Source of the DNA: an uncultured bacterium
Lineage (GTDB): Bacteria > Patescibacteriota > Minisyncoccia > Phycocordibacterales > CAIZLB01
NCBI GenBank assembly: GCA_903936565.1
Contig: CAIZVZ010000019.1
Location: 3,559-67,558 of the forward strand
DNA: 64,000 nt
Direction of reading: 5' to 3'
Shown one piece after another: positions 1-8,949 of the stretch (position 1 is the first letter of the stretch; every line of letters begins with the position of its first letter). Both the position numbers and the translations under genes were made by a program. The notes under the pieces were generated by a model. It did no database searches. It was not told the origin of the DNA and saw only the letters and a program-made list of their open reading frames with translations.

Positions 1-1516
1 TCGCTTCTGTGATGTGGTGTTTTTCTATCTTAACCAACCTATTTGATATTTTTTTATAGCTGGCGTCTGAATTTTTAATAATTTCAATTAATGCAATTGT
101 TTCCGATATGTCCCTTATGTGATTCATGGCTCGCATTGATAATTTTCTATAGTCGGAGCTTTTCTGTAATAAATCTTCTGTAATTTCATCCCATTGAAAC
201 CCTATTCGGTGTTCAATGTTTGATTTGTGGAAGGTATTTATTGTTTTAAACATATCATTTCCTTGAGTAATGTTGGATCTTGACCGTCTGTTTTGGTGTG
301 TGTTTTCATAAGGTAGGTTTATACAAACATGAAATCTCTCTAAAAAAGGCTTAGAAACCTTTTGTTTGTATATATTTATTTTATTTCCCGTACATCTGCA
401 CTCCATGTTTGGTATACCCCTGTTTCCACATGGACACTGATTCATTGCACAAATACAAATTGTGTCGCACGGCATTGTTATTGTGTCATTCGCTCTATTA
501 ATCTGTATTATCTTTTGTTCCAAAGGCTGTCGAAGGGATTCGATTATGTTCTTGTTAAACTCAGGTAATTCATCTAGAAACAAAATACCCATGTGGGCTT
601 TTGTGATTTCCCCTGAGGTAATTGGGTTTCCTCCACCTACAATCGATGAATAACTGCTGGTGTGATGTGGAGATCTAAACGGTCTATTTAAACTATTATG
701 TGTGGATAGCAACTCCAAATATTCAGCTTTATTGGGCGTTGGAAGAAGTTGGTGAGCGCTGCTTGCAAGCATGGTTTTTCCAACCCCAGGTGGCCCAGAT
801 ATAATCATGTTATATTTTCCACACAAACTTATAAGTAAGGCCCTCTTTGCTTTTTCTTGACCAATTATATTGTCTATTTTGAATTTATCTGGGGGTGTGT
901 TTAACTCGCAGTTGGTCGCCCTACCTTCCTCTTTGGAATACTTTGCCTTAATAATATTCCTTGTTTCATTATTAAAGTTCAGGTTGTGTATTAATTCCTG
1001 TAGGTGTGTGCAATTATTTATTCTAACATTTGGTAATTCTAGTTCAGTTATTAGATCAACCTGCTCATCATTAAAGTTACTGTATAAATTAATGACCTCT
1101 TGTGAATTTATTTTATTATCTAGTATAAACTTTGCGACTGAAGCTAGTGAATCATTTTGTTTTATAGACCCATCTAGTCCTAGTTCGCCAATAAAGATGG
1201 AGTTATTTAAGTTTTTATTTTGTATTTTGCCTGTTGCTGTTAAATAAGCTATTGATATTGGTAAGTCCAACAAAACACCTTCCTTTTTTATTCCAGCAGG
1301 TACTAATGAAACCGTTATTTTATGATTTTTTGTTTTAGGAGAATCAAAACCGCTATTTTTTATAGCGGACATAATTCTCTCTCTTGATTCTGTAATACAC
1401 TTATCTGCAAGACCAACAATCAGGAATGAAAATAGTCCTCCTGATAAATCTAATTCAACCTCAACATTTTGGCACAATACCCCCTCTTTTATTATTCCTC
1501 TACAAGATATATACAT
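1..1516 (-). CDS. comM: ComM/YifB Mg-chelatase-like AAA+ ATPase (3' end runs off window)
   Basis: Missing from the ORF track because it is open at the edge. Manual translation from ATG 1516: MYISCRG...IVGLADKCITESRERIMSAIKNSG; Walker A GPPGVGKT; RPFRSPHHTSS; LFLDELPEF; LRQPLE; MNQCPCG...CRC. Confidence 0.92.
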   Translation of the reverse strand, partial: MYISCRGIIKEGVLCQNVEVELDLSGGLFSFLIVGLADKCITESRERIMSAIKNSGFDSPKTKNHKITVSLVPAGIKKEGVLLDLPISIAYLTATGKIQNKNLNNSIFIGELGLDGSIKQNDSLASVAKFILDNKINSQEVINLYSNFNDEQVDLITELELPNVRINNCTHLQELIHNLNFNNETRNIIKAKYSKEEGRATNCELNTPPDKFKIDNIIGQEKAKRALLISLCGKYNMIISGPPGVGKTMLASSAHQLLPTPNKAEYLELLSTHNSLNRPFRSPHHTSSYSSIVGGGNPITSGEITKAHMGILFLDELPEFNKNIIESLRQPLEQKIIQINRANDTITMPCDTICICAMNQCPCGNRGIPNMECRCTGNKINIYKQKVSKPFLERFHVCINLPYENTHQNRRSRSNITQGNDMFKTINTFHKSNIEHRIGFQWDEITEDLLQKSSDYRKLSMRAMNHIRDISETIALIEIIKNSDASYKKISNRLVKIEKHHITEA

Positions 1517-1583
1517 CTTTATAATGACACGACAAAAACACTGATTTGAGGTGGGTTGGTCTATATTCTAGTCAAATAAATAA

Positions 1584-1931
1584 CTACATGTGAGATTCAC
1601 AAGTTCTAGCTCCTGGGTATGCAATTAATCTTTCTTCCTCTATTTCCGCTTGGCATACTTCACAGACTCCATAGTTACCCGATTCTATTTTTGTAAGGGC
1701 GTCTCTAATATCGATTATTTCCCTTTCCAAATCAGATGTAACTGATGCGTTTGATTCATATGTTTCTATGGAGTTGGCTACCTCCTCTCTGTCGGCAGTA
1801 TCTTGGTCCTCCGTTTGTTTTGCTTCCCAAGTTGTATCACTTGATTTTTCTGCAACCTCAAGTATCTCTGTCTCTAGTCTTTTAAGTTCAACCTCTAAAG
1901 CATCTTTGTGTTTTTGTATGTCTATATTCAT
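1584..1931 (-). CDS. TraR/DksA family zinc-finger protein
   Basis: Coiled coil with DTAD tip; C-terminal YGVCEVC...ERLIAYP.ARTCESH. Confidence 0.85.
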   Translation of the reverse strand: MNIDIQKHKDALEVELKRLETEILEVAEKSSDTTWEAKQTEDQDTADREEVANSIETYESNASVTSDLEREIIDIRDALTKIESGNYGVCEVCQAEIEEERLIAYPGARTCESHM

Positions 1932-2028
1932 GGGTATATTATATCAAATTGAAAATAAACTTTCTATAAATAAAATATAAATTAAAAACAAGTTTACTGT
2001 CTAAATTATCCTATGTTCATATACCATC

Positions 2029-3255
2029 TTATCTAGTTATCTTACCTGATGTCAGTCTGTATATTAGCTCCTTAAGAGTCTGTTCGCTCGTGGCAATTAT
2101 TACCATATCCCTATTAAAGAATGTATAGAAGAAGGCTATACTTCCGTTGGCTCTGTATAATACCCTTGTGTCATTGTTTGAAACAACCTTATCAACAAAG
2201 GGTGTATCATACTCAGACCCATTTGATACAAACATCCTTTGACTACTGGAAGAGCTTGAACTTGAGGTTGTGGCTGGAGAACTCGATGTTGAAAACGTGG
2301 TTGAGGCTGTTGAAGAAGATTGTACCACTGCAGGTTCTTTAAATGAGAAGACACTCTCGTTTTTAAACATAAAATCGCTTAAATCTGCATACATACTTCC
2401 CTCCCATTCCAACATACCAGCAAAAACAGAATCGTAATTAGTTGATTTTAATATAATAAATGGCTCATTAGATTCATAAGAATAATAACCAAAAACATAT
2501 TCATTCTTTACGTTTCTCAGAAGTAAATCTGGAGCGCTGGGTGCAAATATTTTTAAAAACTCTGAGGCTAATATTGGTGCTGTGTTTGTGCTATTTGTCG
2601 TATTGAATGAAATTGATTTTACCTTGCCCGATGAAAACTTTATTGATGACTCCTTTAGAATTTCATTAATTAGCAACGTCCTGTTCTTGCCTTGTACAAA
2701 CATTGGGATACTTATTTCTGAATATAAAATTCCATTAACAACTTGTTGGCTCGGGTTTTTTTGAAGTTCAATTTGGTCTGGTGTTTTGGCAGAATTAAAA
2801 CCAATGTATGCAAAACCCCCTATAATCAAGATGCAAATTATAAAAACTAAGATTTTAGCAGCTACATGATTATTTTTTTTATTAAAATCGGTGGTGTTAT
2901 CCGCACTGCTGTGCATTTTCTGATTGTTTGCGGCCATTATTTTACCAAGAGAAAAACCTCCCTTAGATGATTCATTGGCTAAATCGTCTTTAAAGGTGTG
3001 GACAGAGCTTGTTTTATATATTGAGTTTGGATCGTTCGACGGTTCTGATGTTTGATTTTTGTTTGGATTCTGCATTACATCAGACAGGTGAAACAGAGGC
3101 CTTTCTGAGCCTTCTGAATTATTGTTTCCAAATGAAGTTTGAGCCTGATTAAGGTTTTGTGTTGCGGGGGTTGTCGAAATACCTCCCTCTCCACTTCCAC
3201 CAGCTCTATCAGCGTTTGGGTAAAGGTGTGTAGGTTTGTTTTCTGTTGGTTCCAT
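2029..3255 (-). CDS. Hypothetical single-pass membrane protein with Ser/Thr-rich linker
   Basis: 408 aa ORF; disordered N-terminus, TM ILVFIICILIIGGFAYIGF, poly-Ser tract. Confidence 0.7.
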   Translation of the reverse strand: MEPTENKPTHLYPNADRAGGSGEGGISTTPATQNLNQAQTSFGNNNSEGSERPLFHLSDVMQNPNKNQTSEPSNDPNSIYKTSSVHTFKDDLANESSKGGFSLGKIMAANNQKMHSSADNTTDFNKKNNHVAAKILVFIICILIIGGFAYIGFNSAKTPDQIELQKNPSQQVVNGILYSEISIPMFVQGKNRTLLINEILKESSIKFSSGKVKSISFNTTNSTNTAPILASEFLKIFAPSAPDLLLRNVKNEYVFGYYSYESNEPFIILKSTNYDSVFAGMLEWEGSMYADLSDFMFKNESVFSFKEPAVVQSSSTASTTFSTSSSPATTSSSSSSSSQRMFVSNGSEYDTPFVDKVVSNNDTRVLYRANGSIAFFYTFFNRDMVIIATSEQTLKELIYRLTSGKITR

Positions 3256-3263
3256 TTGATATA

Positions 3264-3995
3264 TTATATATCAAATTTGGAATCTGGTCTTGCATCTTCG
3301 TCGAAAAAATCAAAATCTTCCCTTTTTTGGCTAAACTTGGTGTTTGTATTCTTTAGTGTGGTGTTCGCTGAAATACCTGTATTTCTTGTTGTTGTTTTGT
3401 TTTGTCTTTTTGTCTTTAATGATGAATTGGAATTAGAGGAATTATTACTCCTATTTTCTATAGCCTGGTTTCCCTGTCCTCCGTTGCCCTGCATCATTAC
3501 ATACTTCGATGGCGTGTCGCACATGTCAATAAAGTCGTCAGCTACTTCTCTAAGTTTTTGTGATGATGATTTACCAAAAGATATTACCTCTACCTGACAA
3601 CCCTCGTTTGTTTGAAGATATTCTACAAGTGGAATAAAGTCCCCGTCTCCAGAGGCTATAATAACTGTGTCCAGTTTTGGTGCTAGTTTAATTGCGTCAA
3701 CAGCAAGACCTACGTCCCAGTCCCCTTTTTTGGCTCCGCCGCTGAATATTTGCAAGTTTTTTGTTTTAGTTTCTATTCCTAGTTTTCCAAGTGCATCGAA
3801 GAAGTTTGTTTCATCGCCACTTTCGGTTGTGATCACATAGGCAATGGCTCTAATTAGAGATCTGCCTGCGACTACCTCCTTCATTATTGCGCCGAAATTT
3901 ACTCTAGCGTGATATAGATTTTTTGCACTGTGATAAAGATTTTGAGTATCAATAAAAACTCCAACACGTTGTTGTTTGTGTTTAATTACTGTCAT
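3264..3995 (-). CDS. NYN domain (LabA/DUF88, PIN-like) protein
   Basis: VFIDTQNLY, KGDWDVGLAVD, SGDGDFIPL, LREVADDFID motifs. Confidence 0.9.
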   Translation of the reverse strand: MTVIKHKQQRVGVFIDTQNLYHSAKNLYHARVNFGAIMKEVVAGRSLIRAIAYVITTESGDETNFFDALGKLGIETKTKNLQIFSGGAKKGDWDVGLAVDAIKLAPKLDTVIIASGDGDFIPLVEYLQTNEGCQVEVISFGKSSSQKLREVADDFIDMCDTPSKYVMMQGNGGQGNQAIENRSNNSSNSNSSLKTKRQNKTTTRNTGISANTTLKNTNTKFSQKREDFDFFDEDARPDSKFDI

Positions 3996-4215
3996 GTTTT
4001 GAATTAAGTTTAAAATGAACCATTAATATGGTTTAAGTCTGTTTATTAAAATTCCATGCGTTACCGGTTCTGAATTTTTCTAACCTAGAAGCAAAACAAT
4101 AATTCTTATTTTTTAAAACTTAGAGATGTACGTATTTTATTCATGTAAATCTCTATTGCATATTCCGCTAGTAGTATTCTACTCTTCACACCCTAGGGTG
4201 TGTCTATAAAAATGG

Positions 4216-4491
4216 TTAGGCTGACTTTTTCTTCAAATCAAGCTTCTTTACCACAACATCATATCTTGCAACGTTCTTTTTCAATAGATATTTCAAAAGA
4301 GTTTGTCTGTCTGCAACCATTTGCAAAAGACCTCTTCTTGAGTGATTGTCTTTTGCATGAGTTTTAAGGTGTTTTGTTAATTCTGTAATTCTTGTACTTA
4401 AAATAGCGATCTGTGCTTCAGCACTTCCTGTATCGCTTGCGTGAATCTGAACCTCTTTTATAATTTTTTGCTTCTTTGCTTTGGTTAACAT
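4216..4491 (-). CDS. rpsO: 30S ribosomal protein S15
   Basis: HASDTGSAEAQIAILS...KDNHSRRGLLQMV; start placed at ATG 4491 (MLTKAKK). Confidence 0.97.
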   Translation of the reverse strand: MLTKAKKQKIIKEVQIHASDTGSAEAQIAILSTRITELTKHLKTHAKDNHSRRGLLQMVADRQTLLKYLLKKNVARYDVVVKKLDLKKKSA

Positions 4492-4606
4492 GGTGTGGTG
4501 ATAATAGCATGAAAGACTGTTGTGGGCAAGTGTTTTCAAGACCGTTTAGCAAAATTGCCCTAACTATGATTTTGGAGAATCACCCACCGGGTGCTATAAT
4601 TTTGAT

Positions 4607-5599
4607 ATGTCGCACAATAATATTGCCCCCAGTCCTAGCGGCGGCTCAAATTATAGGCCAAGATCTTCATCGGAGGTGGGTTTAACTACTCTTAAGAGGC
4701 ATTTTTTGGAATATACCGAGATAGAAAAGGGTCGCAGTCTAAAGACCGTTGAGAATTATGATCGATACTTGAATCTGTTCCTTGAGTTTTTAAAGTCCGA
4801 TTCCCCATCTGACATAACAGAGGATAGACTTAGGGAGTATCGATTGTTTCTAAATAGACGTTCATTTGCAACAAAATTGGGTAGTAGTCTAATAAAGAAA
4901 AGAACCCAAAACTACTACTTAATAGCACTTAGGGCGTATTTTAAGTATATTTCCAAGCGTGGAATACAAATATTGTCTCCTGACAATATTGAGCTGGCAA
5001 AGGTCCCAGAAAGGCAAATTGACCATATTTCTATAGAGGAGCTGGACAGGATATTAAGTGCACCCAACGATGAGAAGGAGGACAAGAAAAGACTAAGGGA
5101 TAAGGCGATTTTAGAACTACTATTCTCGACGGGTCTTCGTGTATCAGAATTGTGTTCCCTACCTCGAGATTTAGACTTAAATAAGGACGAGTTCTCTGTT
5201 AGGGGTAAGGGTGACAAAGTTAGGGTTGTCTTTATGTCAGAAGTCGCAAAACAGGCTTTAAGAAACCATTTAAATAAAAAGATTGATGTTTCTAGTGGTT
5301 TAATGTTTGGTATTACCCCAAGATCTGTAGAAAGGCTTGTAAAATACTACACAATTAAGGCTGGAGTCTCTAAAAAAGTCACTCCTCACGTTATAAGACA
5401 CAGTTTTGCTACTGATTTGTTGCAAAATGGAGCTGATTTACGCTCAGTGCAGGCGCTTCTCGGACACGCCAATATATCAACGACACAAATTTATACACAC
5501 GTGACCGATAAGCATCTCAAGGACATACATAAGAATTTTCACGGACACGGTGCGGCAGGAGCTAAGGGGAGAAATTTTGTTCAAGAAAGTGTGCGGTAA
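4607..5599 (+). CDS. XerC/XerD-family tyrosine recombinase
   Basis: STGLRVSEL, VRGKGDKVR, TPHVIRHSFAT, LLGHANISTTQIYTHV: full catalytic R-K-HxxR-H-Y set. Confidence 0.93.
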   Translation: MSHNNIAPSPSGGSNYRPRSSSEVGLTTLKRHFLEYTEIEKGRSLKTVENYDRYLNLFLEFLKSDSPSDITEDRLREYRLFLNRRSFATKLGSSLIKKRTQNYYLIALRAYFKYISKRGIQILSPDNIELAKVPERQIDHISIEELDRILSAPNDEKEDKKRLRDKAILELLFSTGLRVSELCSLPRDLDLNKDEFSVRGKGDKVRVVFMSEVAKQALRNHLNKKIDVSSGLMFGITPRSVERLVKYYTIKAGVSKKVTPHVIRHSFATDLLQNGADLRSVQALLGHANISTTQIYTHVTDKHLKDIHKNFHGHGAAGAKGRNFVQESVR

Positions 5600-5638
5600 T
5601 TTATAATGGACAGTAATTAATGGATGTCTTTTAAATAT

Positions 5639-6436
5639 ATGAAAAAACAAATAAGTATAATTTCATGGAATGTAAACGGAATTCGCGCTATTTATAAAAA
5701 AGGTGCGTTTGATGCAATAATGCAACACAACACAGATTTCTTGTGTTTTCAAGAGACAAAAGCTCATGTCGAACAGTTAGATAAAAATTTGGCTAATCCA
5801 GATGGTTATGTAAGTTATTTTGACCATGCAAAGACGAGAAAGGGTTATAGTGGTGTTGTTGTGTACATGAAAGACTCCTTACCTAAACCTAAAAAAGTTG
5901 AATACGGTTTTGGTATAAAAGAAATGGATCAAGAAGGAAGAATGATCTGCTTAGTCTTTGAAAAGTGGGCGCTAATTAATTGTTATTTTCCAAATGGTGG
6001 TGGGGCGCCGGAGAGGTTGACATACAAATTAGATTTCTACAAAGAATTTCTACAATACTGTAAAAAGCTCACAAAACAAGGGTTAAATGTAATCTTTTGT
6101 GGTGATGTTAATGCAGCGCATACAGAAATTGATCTTGCTAGGCCTAAAGAAAATGCTAAAAGTATCGGATTTTTACCAGAAGAACGTGCTTGCATCGATG
6201 GTTTTGTAAACGCTGGGTATGTTGACGTATTTAGAGAATTAAACCCCGAAACGAAAGACGTATATACGTGGTGGGACATGAAGACATTTTCACGAGATAG
6301 AAATGTTGGATGGAGAATAGATTACTTTTTTGCATCAAAAAAAATAATTAATGATGTTAAAAACTTTACAACAGAATCAAAATTTTTAGGTTCAGATCAC
6401 TGTCCAATCAAAATAGCTGTGGATAACTTATTTTAA
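5639..6436 (+). CDS. xth: Exodeoxyribonuclease III / AP endonuclease
   Basis: SWNVNGIRA, CFQETK, GYSGV, GDVN, WRIDYFF, GSDHCP (alternative start 5624). Confidence 0.95.
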   Translation: MKKQISIISWNVNGIRAIYKKGAFDAIMQHNTDFLCFQETKAHVEQLDKNLANPDGYVSYFDHAKTRKGYSGVVVYMKDSLPKPKKVEYGFGIKEMDQEGRMICLVFEKWALINCYFPNGGGAPERLTYKLDFYKEFLQYCKKLTKQGLNVIFCGDVNAAHTEIDLARPKENAKSIGFLPEERACIDGFVNAGYVDVFRELNPETKDVYTWWDMKTFSRDRNVGWRIDYFFASKKIINDVKNFTTESKFLGSDHCPIKIAVDNLF

Positions 6437-6478
6437 TAAAAATATTCCCCTCTGTAACCCCAAGCGTAAATTCCATAG

Positions 6479-6667
6479 TGTCCTTTATTAAAGGCCTTAA
6501 TCTAGCTTAAGGAAATTTAAAAAGTTATCCACAAGAATTATTGCAAATGTCCTTTACATGTCCTTTATTAGAATTATAATAAAGGACAGATGAGCAACCC
6601 AACATCGGGTAACAGAGTTCTTTCCGGAAGCTGTATAGTGGTAAGGATTAGTTGGTGATAAAGGACA
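6479..6667. repeat. Cluster of five TGTCCTTTA 9-mers (3 forward, 2 reverse)
   Basis: Copies at 6479, 6548, 6559 (+) and 6580, 6659 (-); 6559-6588 is a 12-6-12 inverted repeat. Confidence 0.85.
6553..6580 (+). promoter_or_regulatory. Sigma70-type promoter embedded in TGTCCTTTA repeats
   Basis: TTTACA (6553-6558), 16 bp, TATAAT (6575-6580). Confidence 0.5.
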
Positions 6668-6896
6668 TTTTACGTTCTCCCACAACCATCTTAGTGAGTC
6701 CTATATCTGGGCATCACATTTTAACAGAGAGCACAGTCTTAAACTGGCTTGTTCCCCAACCATAAAGGCGACCAATACAATTAAATAAATAAATTTTCAA
6801 TCTCATTTCAATCGTCTCGTCTCATCTCAATTTCGGTTTCGTTTCGGATTCGGTGGTTACGGGTTTTTTTCCACCATTTCCACACTTGTAACGGCA

Positions 6897-6960
6897 GGGC
6901 CTTAGTACGGCCGCACCATTTATAACCTTTGTTGCGCCCAGTACTGAGGCTCTTTTTATT
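6897..6960 (+). terminator. Stem-loop followed by U-tract
   Basis: gggccttagtac ... gtactgaggctc (pairs with G-U wobble) then tttttatt. Confidence 0.5.
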
Positions 6961-6984
6961 GCTTGTTTTTTTAATATATAAACG

Positions 6985-7028
6985 AATAGCCGTTACACAT
7001 GTAACATGTTACATGTGTAACGGCTATT
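6985..7028. repeat. Perfect 44-bp palindrome containing two parS-like 16-mers
   Basis: aatagccgttacacatgtaacatgttacatgtgtaacggctatt equals its own reverse complement. Confidence 0.9.
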
Positions 7029-7069
7029 GTTGTGATATGTGCGGTACACATCACCGACCTATTCTGAGG

Positions 7070-8674
7070 CTATCTTATATCATGCTTCTTTCTAATTTCT
7101 GCGACCTGGACATCCTCCAGATCCTTTTTCTTGCTAATTCCCTTCTCCGACAGCTCTTTTAAATGTTTCATGGGTAACATTGTTAGTTCCAGCGCTCTGT
7201 TTTTTAGATATTCTACTGTATTTAATTCAGGTTTTTCCAATACTTCTTCAAGTAATGCATTTAATGTTAGGCCTATAACAGGTCCCGCTTGAATGCTCAG
7301 CTCATTTAATAGTGTATTTCCGTCAATTTTAAGCATTCCCACGCTAATTGGATCCAACATAACTTCATCTATTAATGCCCTATACTTCCTTAATCTGTAT
7401 GGATTTTCTTTTGGCCTTCCTGTCCCTACCCTGTCGCATGTCCTTAAGTCCAATAGATCCCAAATGTTTTCCTTACCAACGTTCACAATCATTCTTCTGA
7501 CCGCAGATGCTGTTATTTGCTCTGTATCCGAGAAAAACATGTGCCAGCGTATAAGTTTCGTGACAAATTCAACTGTTTTGGTTGGATACTTCATTCTTTC
7601 CAGTATTACCTTTGTCATTTTAGCCCCAACAACCTCGTGCCCATAGAAAGTTATATCTTCAGTCGAGTCTCCTCTTTTTGTCGGCGGTTTACCGATGTCG
7701 TGAAATAATGCAGCTAGTCGTATATCAAGTCTCCAGTTCTTGTCTGCTGCGCATTGGCAGCTTCTAAGTAAATGTTCAAAAACATCATATGAATGTGCTT
7801 GATTCTGTTTCACGTGTACCGATGATTCGAGTTCTGGTAAAAATGACTTGGTTAAATTGAGTTTTTGGGCCATTGCAATACCCAATGCCGGCTGGCTGGA
7901 CATAAGTATCTTGTTGAATTCGTCTCTAATTCGCTCTATTGATATCTTATTTAGGTTATCAGACTGAGATATTATCGCGTTTTGTGTATCAATGTTAATC
8001 ATGAAACCTAATTCTGCGGTAAAACGCACCGCCCTTATTAGTCTTAATCCATCTTCATTAAACCTCTTTACAGGATCCCCTACCGCTCTAATGACCCTGT
8101 CCTCTATGTCCTTTATTCCATTGTACTCATCAATAACAATGTCCTTTACTGAGTCGTAAGCAATAGCATTCATTGTGAAGTCCCTTCTAAGTAGGTCGTC
8201 CTTTATATCATCGCTAAAGGACACCTCATCTGGATGTCTTCCGTCTGAATAGCCACCCTCTGTTCGGTATGGGGTTACTTCTATTATTTCAGTCAATTCA
8301 ATTGTGTCTACCACCCCTTCGGTTGAGTTGTCCACACCTGTGTTGTTTTTGTTGCCCGCCTCCTTTTTGCCGGCGTCTACTTCCCTTCTAATTTTAACCC
8401 CAACTGTTCCAAAGGTGTTTTCGTAAAAAGCATCTTCAAAAACCCCTAGTATTTGTTCAGGTTTAGCATTGGTTGTAACGTCCCAGTCTTTTGGTGTCCT
8501 CTTTAGAATAATGTCTCGTACGCATCCCCCCACTAGATATGCTGAAAAACCTGCGTTCTGCAGTTTGATTAAGACTTCCTGTACATATTCAGGTATTAGC
8601 TTCTTGTCGATTTTGTCAGAAAGCCTTTCCTTTGGCTCTATATTTGAATTGTTGTTCAAATGGTGTTTGTTCAT
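7070..8674 (-). CDS. cca: CCA tRNA nucleotidyltransferase (class II) with HD domain
   Basis: YLVGGCVRD, DWDVTT, DLLRRDFTMNA, EDGLRLIRAVRF, LFHDIGKP; start placed at ATG 8674. Confidence 0.9.
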   Translation of the reverse strand: MNKHHLNNNSNIEPKERLSDKIDKKLIPEYVQEVLIKLQNAGFSAYLVGGCVRDIILKRTPKDWDVTTNAKPEQILGVFEDAFYENTFGTVGVKIRREVDAGKKEAGNKNNTGVDNSTEGVVDTIELTEIIEVTPYRTEGGYSDGRHPDEVSFSDDIKDDLLRRDFTMNAIAYDSVKDIVIDEYNGIKDIEDRVIRAVGDPVKRFNEDGLRLIRAVRFTAELGFMINIDTQNAIISQSDNLNKISIERIRDEFNKILMSSQPALGIAMAQKLNLTKSFLPELESSVHVKQNQAHSYDVFEHLLRSCQCAADKNWRLDIRLAALFHDIGKPPTKRGDSTEDITFYGHEVVGAKMTKVILERMKYPTKTVEFVTKLIRWHMFFSDTEQITASAVRRMIVNVGKENIWDLLDLRTCDRVGTGRPKENPYRLRKYRALIDEVMLDPISVGMLKIDGNTLLNELSIQAGPVIGLTLNALLEEVLEKPELNTVEYLKNRALELTMLPMKHLKELSEKGISKKKDLEDVQVAEIRKKHDIR

Positions 8675-8755
8675 TAAATAGAATATTAGTACATCTTTTG
8701 ATTTTTTGCTATCTATGATGTAGACTACTGCCAAGATATTCAAAAGAGGGTATAT

Positions 8756-8827
8756 GCACCCGTAGTGAAATGGATATCACACCAGTCTTCGAAACTGTTA
8801 TTCTAGGTTCGAATCCTAGCGGGTGCA
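8756..8827 (+). tRNA. tRNA-Arg(UCG)
   Basis: Acceptor gcacccg/cgggtgc, anticodon loop CT-TCG-AA, GGTTCGAATCC; no encoded CCA. Confidence 0.93.
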
Positions 8828-8858
8828 CAATTATAATTTTATGTTATAATAAAAAAAA

Positions 8859-8929
8859 GCGGGTATGGTTTAGTGGTAGAATGCGTCCTTGCCAAGGACG
8901 AGACGAGAGTTCGATTCTCTCTATCCGCA
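8859..8929 (+). tRNA. tRNA-Gly(GCC)
   Basis: gcgggta/tatccgc acceptor, cgtcc-TT-GCC-AA-ggacg, GTTCGATTC; no CCA. Confidence 0.95.
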
Positions 8930-8949
8930 CTACATTACGGTCCTGATAT

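Noticed and set aside
421-438. parS-like gtttccacatggacac in comM
   Set aside because: Poor register with the consensus; explained by the CPCG codons
362-1247. Short + strand ORFs here and the many antisense ORFs in the track
   Set aside because: Shadow frames of well-supported genes (here comM)
6587-6960. tmRNA or RNase P RNA assignment
   Set aside because: No tRNA-like ends and no GAGGAAAGTCC-type motif visible on either strand
8822-8849. dif-like string GGTGCACAATT-ATAATT-TTATGTTATAA
   Set aside because: The left arm is the tRNA-Arg acceptor stem and lacks the inner TAA; likely chance in AT-rich DNA
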